Assembly: GCA_051251915.1 (NCBI GenBank)
Contig: JBPOGF010000016.1
Span: forward strand, 32,001 to 96,000
Source of the DNA: Akkermansiaceae bacterium
Lineage (GTDB): Bacteria; Verrucomicrobiota; Verrucomicrobiia; Verrucomicrobiales; Akkermansiaceae
Reading direction: 5' to 3'
Length of the DNA stretch: 64,000 nt
Part shown: piece after piece, positions 1 through 8,472 of the stretch
Position numbering within the stretch: position 1 is the stretch's first letter
How the letters are laid out: every line of letters begins with the position of its first letter
Notes under the pieces: model-generated
The model's database searches: none
The model's input: the letters and a program-made list of their open reading frames with translations, nothing else
What the model was told of the DNA's origin: nothing
Made by a program: the position numbers and the translations under genes

Positions 1-414
1 GATTCCTAGGTGCCATTTTCCGATGCATGCGGTGTGATAGCCTTGGTCTTGGAGGATGGTGCCGAGGGTGGACTCATCTGACTCGATGAGTGGTTTGTCG
101 TGAGGGTTGAAGAATACGCTGCGTTTGAGTCTGGTGCGCCAGTTGTATCTACCTGTGAGGCATGAGTAGCGGGTGGGGGTGCAGACTGCGGATGAGGTGT
201 GGGCGTCCGTGAATCTCATTCCTTCGGCTGCGAGTTGGTCGATGAAGGGGGTGGGGGCTTTGCCTCCGTTGTGTGATACGTCACCGACTCCCATGTCATC
301 AGCGAGGATGAATATGAAGTTGGGTTTGGATGAAGGGGGATTGTCTTGGGCAATAGCTGAAGACCATGCCAAGCTAGAAATGGTAGCAGTTGTGATTAAT
401 GTGGTTATTTTCAT
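1..414 (-). CDS. Cys-type sulfatase, N-terminal part (gene runs off the window start)
   Basis: Manual translation from the ATG at 414 (not in the ORF track): signal peptide, KPNFIFILADDMG, CTPTR formylglycine motif, LTGRY, GKWHLG. Confidence 0.93.
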   Translation of the reverse strand, partial: MKITTLITTATISSLAWSSAIAQDNPPSSKPNFIFILADDMGVGDVSHNGGKAPTPFIDQLAAEGMRFTDAHTSSAVCTPTRYSCLTGRYNWRTRLKRSVFFNPHDKPLIESDESTLGTILQDQGYHTACIGKWHLGI

Positions 415-637
415 AGATCTGGATTGTTGATGAGCTTAGTTTTTTTAGCCCTTTCAGTTCAAGGGGGAAATGATTGTGGTTAGTGTATACATGGAAAACT
501 TGAGTAATCTTTTCAAAAAACATGTTTTTAGGCTGGATTTTTGGTGGTCTGGCGTTATGGTTCCGATCTCAGCGGGGGATACTTTGACTTGATTTTCCGC
601 TCTAATTCACACTGTTGCAACGAATTCGAACCATTTC

Positions 638-1378
638 ATGAAAAAATTAACGACTATACTCAGCCTCTTTTTTGTTATTGAGATTCATTCTCAGGAGCTG
701 GTGAGCCAACACGATGTAGCCAAAGAACTGATCCGTCAGTGGGTACACACCGAGAAACAACTGAGCGAAGAACAGGAAACTTGGAACCAAGAGAAGGCGC
801 ATATTTCTGAGTTACTAGAGTTGTATGCTAAAGAATTGACTCATCTTAATGAGGAGTTGGAGGCTGTTCCATCTGTTGAATTGGATGATGAGAAAAAGCA
901 GGAGTTGGAGAAGCAGATCAAACTGGATGATCAGAAGCGTGTGCAGTTGAGGACATTTTTATTGAGGCAGAAGCCTAGGATTTTAGCTTTGGTGAAGAAG
1001 TTTCCGGAGCCACTACAAGATCAAATATCGGAGACAGTTGAGGTTCTTAAGTCACCGGATGTTGATAGTTCGGCTCGTGATTTGTTGATGCCGATGTTAA
1101 GTATCATTGATTCTGGGAATAGTTTTAACGATGGGGTGTTTAGAACCAGTCAGCAGATTGTTATCGGTGATGAAGAGTGGCAGGCAGAGGTGATGTATCT
1201 TGGGCTGGCGCGCGCATATTTTTGGGTGGATGAGAAGGCTGGAATCGGATCACCAAGTGCTGAGGGGTGGCAGTGGAAGCGAGATGACGCTCAGGTGGCA
1301 GAGGTAAAGAAAGCGATGTCTGTGTTTGATAAGCAGACTCAACCACAACTCATTGAACTCCCACTTAAAGTAAATTAA
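638..1378 (+). CDS. DUF3450-family periplasmic coiled-coil protein of a TonB/Ttp-type operon
   Basis: Signal peptide, coiled coil, YLGLARAYF and GWQW motifs; first gene of an exbB/exbD/tonB operon. Confidence 0.75.
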   Translation: MKKLTTILSLFFVIEIHSQELVSQHDVAKELIRQWVHTEKQLSEEQETWNQEKAHISELLELYAKELTHLNEELEAVPSVELDDEKKQELEKQIKLDDQKRVQLRTFLLRQKPRILALVKKFPEPLQDQISETVEVLKSPDVDSSARDLLMPMLSIIDSGNSFNDGVFRTSQQIVIGDEEWQAEVMYLGLARAYFWVDEKAGIGSPSAEGWQWKRDDAQVAEVKKAMSVFDKQTQPQLIELPLKVN

Positions 1379-1379
1379 T

Positions 1380-2720
1380 ATGACTGCAAAATCACACATC
1401 AAGTTATTGGTCATCTGCTGCACTGGCGTGATCACATCTGCGCTTTCAGCTCAGACATCGGCTGATATTTCTAGTATTAAGAAGGACCTAGAGGCTAGCG
1501 GGAAGAGGTTAACGGAGCATCGTGAATCAGTGACTACTGAGAAGGTAGAGCTGGCTAAAAAACTTACCTCGACGCAAGCTGAGATTACAGAGAAGCGACG
1601 TAAATCTAGACTTGCTGAAATGGGGAATGCTGATCGGAGGATAGTCCTGGCTAAACTTCAGGGTGCGGCATCTGCTAAGAGTCGGGAGGTGGATTATCTA
1701 GGTAAGCAGCTTGGAGCCTTTAATGGCAAATTAGCGGCTTCAATGTTTAAAGGGGAGAGTGTGAATGCGGATCAGTTACCGAAGGATGATTCTCTAACGG
1801 AGCGGATGAAAGCTCTTGAAGCTGGGATAGATCGTTTGGAGATGATGATTGGTGGTGCTGTTGTTGAGGCTGAGGTTGCGGATGCGGACGGTAAGATACA
1901 GACAGGTAAGCTAGTTAGTTTTGGGCCTGTTGCTTGGTTTGCAGGTAGTGCAGCAGAGAGTTCTGGTGCGGTGGTAGTGGATAAGACTTCTCGTGTTGCG
2001 AGGCTTGTGGATGGGGCTAACCCTGATATTGCGAAATTAGTTTCTGGTGAGGAAGTGAGTTTATCGATGGATCTTACTGGTGGGAAAGCGCGTGCGCTGG
2101 CTTCTATTAGTAATACGCCGTTGGACTTATTTAGTAAGGGGGGGGCTTGGATTTGGCCGATTGTTGCTATTGCACTGGTTTCTATGGTTTGTGCTTTGAT
2201 AAAGTTCTTCCAGCTTTCGAAGATTAAGAATCCTAAAGGTGGATGGTTGTCTGGCCTGTTAGAGAATGTTCGTGAGGGAGATACTGATGCAGCTCAGACA
2301 GCTTGTGACGAGTTAGCTCATCCGGTGGGAGTGGTGTTGAAGAATGCTCTTTCTGGAGTGCATAAGGGGGCTGATGTGGTTGAGGAAATAGTTTATGAGC
2401 AGATGATCGATGTGCAGTCTAGGCTTCAGAAATGGTTACCATTTATAGCTATTACGGCGGCTATCGCTCCGCTGTTGGGGCTTTTGGGAACGGTGTCTGG
2501 GATGATCAGCACGTTCAATGGTTTATCTGTTGTAGGGACGGGAGATCCTAAGTTGCTTTCTGGGGGGATTTCAGAAGCGCTGGTGACTACGTTGTTTGGT
2601 TTGGTGGTGGCTATTCCTGCATTGATTCTGCATTCGTTGTTGTCTCGTAGGTCACAAGGGATTGTTCAGACAACTGAGAAAATTGGTTTAACTGTGGTGA
2701 ACTGTATTCGTAAAAAATAA
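1380..2720 (+). CDS. Large MotA/TolQ/ExbB proton-channel protein (TtpC-like) with N-terminal periplasmic extension
   Basis: APLLGLLGTVSGMI and GISEALVTT motifs; signal peptide and coiled coil. Confidence 0.88.
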   Translation: MTAKSHIKLLVICCTGVITSALSAQTSADISSIKKDLEASGKRLTEHRESVTTEKVELAKKLTSTQAEITEKRRKSRLAEMGNADRRIVLAKLQGAASAKSREVDYLGKQLGAFNGKLAASMFKGESVNADQLPKDDSLTERMKALEAGIDRLEMMIGGAVVEAEVADADGKIQTGKLVSFGPVAWFAGSAAESSGAVVVDKTSRVARLVDGANPDIAKLVSGEEVSLSMDLTGGKARALASISNTPLDLFSKGGAWIWPIVAIALVSMVCALIKFFQLSKIKNPKGGWLSGLLENVREGDTDAAQTACDELAHPVGVVLKNALSGVHKGADVVEEIVYEQMIDVQSRLQKWLPFIAITAAIAPLLGLLGTVSGMISTFNGLSVVGTGDPKLLSGGISEALVTTLFGLVVAIPALILHSLLSRRSQGIVQTTEKIGLTVVNCIRKK

Positions 2721-3266
2721 ATGACTTCGCTCTTCAACCTATTCACAGAAATTAAGATCGTCTTGAGTCAAGGCGGTCCGGTTCTGTGGGTCATGATGGG
2801 ATTATCGGTCATTCTTTATGGGTTGATTATTTCTACGTGGATAGGGCTATATAAGGTGAAGCAGGAGGTGCATTCGCTGGATGAATCTAAGGTAAGTTAT
2901 CTTGATGAAAAATCTATTGGGCGCGATGTTGCGATTTTTGAGTTAGATAGATTTGCATGGGTTCAGCGACGCCTGCCGATGATTGCGGTGTTGGTAGCAG
3001 CAGCTCCGCTGTCTGGGCTATTAGGAACTGTTTTTGGAATGTTTGTGACGTTTAATGGTCTGGCTAGTCAGGCTGCAGCGAGGCCTATTGATAGTATTTC
3101 TATGGGGATTTCATCTGCGATGATCACGACTCAAGCTGGTTTATTTATGGCGATTCCAGGGGCGATATTACTCGCGTTTCTCCGTAGCCAAACGAATGGG
3201 GTGGAAGGTTACATCCAACAGAAAATGTATGAACACATGTCAACTATGAAAGGAACAAAGGTATGA
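2721..3266 (+). CDS. exbB: MotA/TolQ/ExbB family protein
   Basis: AAPLSGLLGTVFGM and ISSAMITTQAGL motifs. Confidence 0.85.
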   Translation: MTSLFNLFTEIKIVLSQGGPVLWVMMGLSVILYGLIISTWIGLYKVKQEVHSLDESKVSYLDEKSIGRDVAIFELDRFAWVQRRLPMIAVLVAAAPLSGLLGTVFGMFVTFNGLASQAAARPIDSISMGISSAMITTQAGLFMAIPGAILLAFLRSQTNGVEGYIQQKMYEHMSTMKGTKV

Positions 3267-3679
3267 GGAGGATGAGACATTTTTCATCGAACAATGATAA
3301 CGAAGCAGTCATTGATATGTCACCACTGATCGACGTGGTGTTCATCTTATTGATCTTTTTTATCGTCACTACTGTTTTCAATAATGAAGCGGGGGTGGAC
3401 GTGGCTAAACCTCCGAAAATGGCGAGTAGTAAATCGCTGGATAGTAATGCGATCATGATTGCAGTTACTAATAACGGGCAGGTTTATTATGCGGGTAGGA
3501 ATATTGGGATTAGCGGGGTGGCTGGTGCTGTGTCTGTGGCGCAGGCTGGAGGAGATCCGTTGCCGTTAATCATTCAGGGGGATTTCAATGCTCAGCATGG
3601 GATCATTACTAAAGTCATTGGTGCTGCTACTGAAGCAGGGGTGAAGTCGGTAGCTATCAGTACGAGTAACAACAATTAA
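3263..3679 (+). CDS. exbD: Biopolymer transport protein ExbD
   Basis: IDMSPLIDVVFILLIFFIVTT signature. Confidence 0.92.
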   Translation: MRRMRHFSSNNDNEAVIDMSPLIDVVFILLIFFIVTTVFNNEAGVDVAKPPKMASSKSLDSNAIMIAVTNNGQVYYAGRNIGISGVAGAVSVAQAGGDPLPLIIQGDFNAQHGIITKVIGAATEAGVKSVAISTSNNN

Positions 3680-3690
3680 CGAAGAAAATT

Positions 3691-4437
3691 ATGTTTTTAA
3701 AATCTATTTTTACAGGAACACTTATTACGGCAATTCTGGTGTCTGTTTTGGCGGCGACACGCTTGATGAATACTGATGCTGTGGCTGCAGATCTTGTGCT
3801 TTACGAGATTGAGGAGATCATGATGACTCCTGAGCCAGAGCCTCCGTTAGAGGAAGAGAAGATGGAGGAAGAGGAGATGGCTGAAAGCTTACCTCAAGCG
3901 CCGATCCCAGCAATGGACTTGCTTACTGATAATTCGATAGATTCCACACCGCTACCACTTACGACTGCGAGTTTTGACCCTAAGCTTGCTGTTAGTCCGT
4001 TTGAAATAGATAGAGAGCCGGCGGATCTTCCTGTGGTGAAGTCTCCGCCGAAGCCTAAGCCGGTAACAACGAAACGCACGTATACTCCTAAGTCAAAACC
4101 GAAGCCACGTTCTAAGCCGTCGCCTCCGCCGCGGGAGGTGATCAAGTCCAGTTATTCACCGAGCGAGCTAGACCGGATGCCTAGGGAGCTTAGGCAAGGG
4201 AGCTTCACCTGGCCGAGTAGTGCTAAGGGGACGAACGGGACAGTAAAGATTCTGTTAGAAATTAGCACTTCTGGCAGAGTGAAGGTACTGAGCGTGTTGT
4301 CATCAAGTGATTCTAGGCTGGTGTCAGCTGCGAAGCGTGTGGCATCTGGGAGCCGTTATACAGCACCAACTTATCGGGGGAAGCCCGTGAAAACTAAATT
4401 TTACAAAACCTATCACCTCAAGAAACCGAGAAGATAA
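3691..4437 (+). CDS. tonB: TonB-family energy transducer
   Basis: N-terminal TM anchor, Pro/Glu/Lys-rich linker, TonB_C-like end (GTVKILLEISTSGRV...YRGKPV); follows exbD. Confidence 0.75.
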   Translation: MFLKSIFTGTLITAILVSVLAATRLMNTDAVAADLVLYEIEEIMMTPEPEPPLEEEKMEEEEMAESLPQAPIPAMDLLTDNSIDSTPLPLTTASFDPKLAVSPFEIDREPADLPVVKSPPKPKPVTTKRTYTPKSKPKPRSKPSPPPREVIKSSYSPSELDRMPRELRQGSFTWPSSAKGTNGTVKILLEISTSGRVKVLSVLSSSDSRLVSAAKRVASGSRYTAPTYRGKPVKTKFYKTYHLKKPRR

Positions 4438-5816
4438 TGTCTAAATCAACCACTAAAATTTTTCTAACAAGCCTAGTCATCGGCTCTCTAACAGCACATG
4501 GTGCTGAGTCTTTACCATTGTCAAAAGACTACTGGAAGAGTGATGCTTTTAAAAAGTCATTCAATGGATCATATCGCATTAATGCCCGTATTGAACCCTT
4601 CGTGGATACTAAAGAACGTGTGTTGCTGGTAGCGGTGCAGGATTTGATGGCGAAGGGTGAGAGAGTCACGGCGCTGAAGAAGCTGAAGGATAGTTCACTG
4701 GCTTCAAGTTCAGCTGCTGTGATGTTTAACATTGGGAATATAGCCTTTGAAACTGGGGATCTTGAGGAAGCTGAAAAACAGTATTTGGCAGCGGTGAAGA
4801 CTTTCCCAACGTTCCTTAGAGCTTATCAGAACCTAGCATTTGTCTATGCGAGAGAAGCTGAGTATGACAAGGCGTTCCCTCATCTGTTAGAGGTGGTTCG
4901 TTTGGGTTCACAGGATGGAGCTGTGATGGGGTTATTAGGCTATTGTTATCAAGAGAAAGAAAATTTCACATCAGCGCTGCAGGCGTTTAAGAATGCTCAG
5001 TTGACTGAGCCTGAGAACTTGGAATGGAAGGTAGGGGAGGCGTATTGCTATGATTCCCTCGGTGAGGATGCAAAGGCGCTGAATCTTTATGAGTCCATTG
5101 TAAAGGAGAAGCCAGGTGAGCCACAGTATATGTTTTTACTGATTAATCTGTACCAGAGGACTGGGCAAATCGAAGAGGCTATTGTGAATCTGGAGCTCCT
5201 TCGAAGACAGGATAAACTTGATGTTTCTAACCAACTTCTATTGGGAGCTTTGCATCTTAGTGATGGTAGCATGGTGATAGGTTCTGATGTGATTCGTGAG
5301 GTGCTGAAGTCTGAGGAGCTGACTGATGCGGATCTCGCGATGAATGCGGTTGGTTTTGCTGTTGCTCGTAGGGAGTATGAATTGGCGTTAGAATTTCATA
5401 GTCTAGTGAAGCCTGAGTTGGTTGAAAAACTTACCTCTAAGACTCGCTACCAAAGGCAAGAGGCGCAGATTTTGATGTTGCAGGATAAGGAGGTAGAAAA
5501 AGCGGTTGGGATTCTTAAAGAATTGATCGCTGCTGATCCACTGGATGCGGATACGCTTTACCTTTTGGCGAAGCATGAAGCGACGAATAAGCAGGAAGAG
5601 CTGGCGCTGCTTCATTTCCAGCAGGCACATGCTGGTACAGGAAAGATGAAGGATCCTGCGCTGTTAGAGCGTGGTAAGGTGTTGGTGCATTTGCAACGTT
5701 ATGAGGAGGCTTTGAAGGATCTAACAGAATATCAAGTGTATGCTGAAGGTTCTCAGGTTGACCAGCTGAAAACCTATATTGATGCAGTGAAGAGTCTTGG
5801 TAAAGCTAGTAAATAG
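4437..5816 (+). CDS. Periplasmic tetratricopeptide-repeat protein
   Basis: Signal peptide and multiple TPR-like helical repeats; coupled to tonB by TAATG overlap. Confidence 0.85.
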   Translation: MSKSTTKIFLTSLVIGSLTAHGAESLPLSKDYWKSDAFKKSFNGSYRINARIEPFVDTKERVLLVAVQDLMAKGERVTALKKLKDSSLASSSAAVMFNIGNIAFETGDLEEAEKQYLAAVKTFPTFLRAYQNLAFVYAREAEYDKAFPHLLEVVRLGSQDGAVMGLLGYCYQEKENFTSALQAFKNAQLTEPENLEWKVGEAYCYDSLGEDAKALNLYESIVKEKPGEPQYMFLLINLYQRTGQIEEAIVNLELLRRQDKLDVSNQLLLGALHLSDGSMVIGSDVIREVLKSEELTDADLAMNAVGFAVARREYELALEFHSLVKPELVEKLTSKTRYQRQEAQILMLQDKEVEKAVGILKELIAADPLDADTLYLLAKHEATNKQEELALLHFQQAHAGTGKMKDPALLERGKVLVHLQRYEEALKDLTEYQVYAEGSQVDQLKTYIDAVKSLGKASK

Positions 5817-5864
5817 GAATGGTTAGAATATAGGAGGTGTCTTGAGGTCGTGCTTTTTTAGTAT

Positions 5865-7298
5865 TTGGCATTCGTCGGGGATGTGGTTCAAAACACCATG
5901 TTCACCGCAAGCTATGATGCCGGCAATCGCCTTACCAGCCACAGTAACAACGCCGTCAATCCACTCAATCAAAACTGGAATTACGATGACGTTGGCAACT
6001 GGAACTCCACCACCAAAACCATCGGCAACACCACCACCACCGAGAACCGCAGCCACAGCGCCGCCGACCAGATCACCAACATCGAGAACAAAGCCGCAAC
6101 GCACGATGCTAAGGGCAACTTGACAGAATATGAAATAAACGGTAAAGAATATGAAGTGGAATACGACCTAGACAACCGCATCACCAAAGTAGACGTCGAC
6201 AATGATGACGTCGAATACCGCTACGATGCGCTAGGAAGACGAGTCATCCGCAAGGAAGGTACCACTACCACCGCGCTCATCTGGTGGGGCAACAGCGAGT
6301 GTGCTGAGCACAAACATACCGCGACCCAAACCGTCATCCAAAATGACATCATGGGCCACCCAACCAGACTCAACGCCGTCATCGCCCGCGCAGTAGACGG
6401 CAGCAAAAACAAACTAGAATGGTATCACAAAAACTACCTAGACCACGTCTACGCCGTCAGTGACGACAGCGGAGACCTTATCGAGCATTACCGATACACA
6501 GCATTTGGCGAAGTCTGTATATATGACGACAATGGTAACCTAGAAACCGAAACCCAGATCGAGAACACGATCATGTGGAACACGAGGAGACTTGATGCGG
6601 TGAGTAACTTCTACCTCTACAAATACAGGCATTATAGTCCAGAATTGGGGAGATGGCCATCCAGAGACCCCATTATGGAAAAGGGTGGAGTGAATCTGTA
6701 TGCCTTCGTTGGGAATGATCCTGTTGGGAGTTGGGATAAATTGGGATTAATTAGTTGTGGATTAAAAGGAAGTAGTGGATTGGAACAGATGCATAATGGA
6801 AAAAAAGTTTCTGTTGAAGCTCAAGTTAAGGTTAATCTAAACAAAGGAAACTGCCCTAAGTCAGGCACTGTTATCGTCTCAGTGGATGCTTCACGAACAG
6901 GAAAGTTGAATTTAGGAGAAGACGGATTTACTGGGATAAATGCTAGATTTGGAGTAGATATTAGCGAAGATTGTAAAGTTACACATGCAGAGCCTTCAGG
7001 TGCATTTTTCCATTCTGTAGATGGGCTATCACTAGCTATGAATTTTATTATAACTCAAGTTGGTAATACTATAAAGATAAGAGTAGAGGCTTCGGCAATA
7101 CGCTACCCAAGGATAGGTGCAGCTATAGAGCCAGACGAAGAAACGTTTGGTTATTTCAACGCTACAGTAGGTAACAAGCACGGTGATCAAGGTCAGATTC
7201 CGGGAGGTATAGATTGGTCAAATGACCCCTTACATAGTAACACATCTATAGCAACCGCTACTGCGCGAGGTTCTGTTTCTTGTAAAAAATGCCCTTAA
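5865..7298 (+). CDS. Orphan Rhs/YD-repeat core with a C-terminal putative toxin domain of unknown family; 5'-truncated
   Basis: YD repeats (YDAGNR, YDLDNR, YDALGRR), Rhs core end RHYSPELGRWPSRDP...WDKLGL, then about 180 aa of divergent C-terminus. Confidence 0.88.
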   Translation: MAFVGDVVQNTMFTASYDAGNRLTSHSNNAVNPLNQNWNYDDVGNWNSTTKTIGNTTTTENRSHSAADQITNIENKAATHDAKGNLTEYEINGKEYEVEYDLDNRITKVDVDNDDVEYRYDALGRRVIRKEGTTTTALIWWGNSECAEHKHTATQTVIQNDIMGHPTRLNAVIARAVDGSKNKLEWYHKNYLDHVYAVSDDSGDLIEHYRYTAFGEVCIYDDNGNLETETQIENTIMWNTRRLDAVSNFYLYKYRHYSPELGRWPSRDPIMEKGGVNLYAFVGNDPVGSWDKLGLISCGLKGSSGLEQMHNGKKVSVEAQVKVNLNKGNCPKSGTVIVSVDASRTGKLNLGEDGFTGINARFGVDISEDCKVTHAEPSGAFFHSVDGLSLAMNFIITQVGNTIKIRVEASAIRYPRIGAAIEPDEETFGYFNATVGNKHGDQGQIPGGIDWSNDPLHSNTSIATATARGSVSCKKCP

Positions 7299-7338
7299 TA
7301 TATAAACCTTCTATCAATTCATCAATTAGATTTAAATT

Positions 7339-7965
7339 ATGAGAAAAATAGTCCTACTAGTATTAGTATTTATAGTATCTGTGAACACATTAAAATCTCA
7401 AACATTGAAAGGAGGTGGTTTGGAATATGTCACATTATACAAATTAAATGATTTAACGATTGAGTTTTATAAGCCTTGTATATACTTAGGGAAATCTAAA
7501 GGAATTGAAGAAGGGAAGACCAAGTATGTAGTTCTTTTTGAAGAATACGGAATTAGACGTTCTGGTGATTCGCTACAAATAAATAGCCAAATTTATAATA
7601 GTGTTGCCAATGGATCTAACATCAAGATCTTTAAAGACAGTATTTTTATTAATGGAAAGAAAATGACAGGTAAGCTGGCTGAGTTTAGAATAAATGAAAC
7701 TCCTAAAAATTATAAATGTTCAGGAGTTGAGATTTTATTTTTGGAGGATGCTGATTCATTTAGTTCAACTTACTATAACAATGATAATGCTACTTTTTCT
7801 AATGGCTTATTAACAGTTAAAATTTGGGATGGCAAATTGGTCGTGTGGGGTGAAGCTCGTCAACCTCTTAATAAAGGAGATGTATTTGAGATATCTCCTC
7901 ACGGAATTGTAAAAAAAGGACAACGAAAAAAGCAGAAACCGAAGAATAAACAGTCACACAAATAG
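7339..7965 (+). CDS. Putative Rhs immunity protein (exported)
   Basis: AT-rich ORF with signal peptide directly after the Rhs-CT; immunity role inferred from position. Confidence 0.6.
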   Translation: MRKIVLLVLVFIVSVNTLKSQTLKGGGLEYVTLYKLNDLTIEFYKPCIYLGKSKGIEEGKTKYVVLFEEYGIRRSGDSLQINSQIYNSVANGSNIKIFKDSIFINGKKMTGKLAEFRINETPKNYKCSGVEILFLEDADSFSSTYYNNDNATFSNGLLTVKIWDGKLVVWGEARQPLNKGDVFEISPHGIVKKGQRKKQKPKNKQSHK

Positions 7966-7987
7966 GTAAGAAAAAGCAAAAGGGGGC

Positions 7988-8387
7988 AGATACATCGTTG
8001 AAATCAAGTAATTTTTTGTCTTTTTTTGATAAATAAATTTTAATGTTGTTAGATGATTTAGAAGCATGGGCTTGACAGCCCAAACCCGTCCAAACTGATG
8101 GCAGTTTGATCCCATTATTCTTGGGGGATTGAACAGGATTCTTTGCTTGCTGTTAGATAATTTGGATCGAATGGTTTTTGGTGTTTTAGCACTCCATATA
8201 CGAGATGAAGCAGCTTGTGCATGATGGCGCCTATGATCTCTATTTTCTCTTTACCTTGGGCTTCTAATCGTTGCGCAAAAGCTTTGCATATGGGATTAAA
8301 GCGTTTGGCAGTCATTGCTTGAAAGAAGAGCATCCCCCTGATGTGCGAGTTGCCAGCTTTAGTCATAGGAGTGCGGATTTTACCACT
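7988..8387 (-). mobile_element. IS110-family remnant: transposase C-terminus plus right end
   Basis: SGKIRTPMTKAGNSHIRGMLF...GAIMHKLLHLVYGVLKHQKPFDPNY resembles IS110 Tnp C-termini; right end reads TTGATT-N12-CT on the minus strand, ending at 7988. Confidence 0.82.
8115..8387 (-). pseudogene. Truncated IS110 transposase (about 90 C-terminal codons only)
   Basis: No RuvC/DEDD N-terminal domain; recognisable similarity stops at the TGT at 8388. Confidence 0.8.
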
Positions 8388-8472
8388 TGTAGGTATGAAC
8401 CGAGCACATAGGTAACAGATTGCCCGAGCACATAGGTTACATTTTAATGGCTAATTATGGCCTGGAAAAATG
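8388..8472 (+). mobile_element. IS481-like left-end remnant
   Basis: Starts with TGT; two direct repeats CCGAGCACATAGGT(A/T)ACA (8400-8417, 8424-8441); ATG GCC TGG AAA (MAWK) at 8457 resembles the MPWK start of IS481-type transposases. Confidence 0.62.

Noticed and set aside
173..430. 85-aa + strand ORF and the many other short ORFs overlapping large genes
   Set aside because: Antisense or alternate-frame shadows of well-supported genes (here the sulfatase), favoured by the strong strand skew
8400..8441. Two 18-bp direct repeats as a mini-CRISPR
   Set aside because: Only two copies with a 6-bp spacer and no cas genes; better explained as IS end repeats
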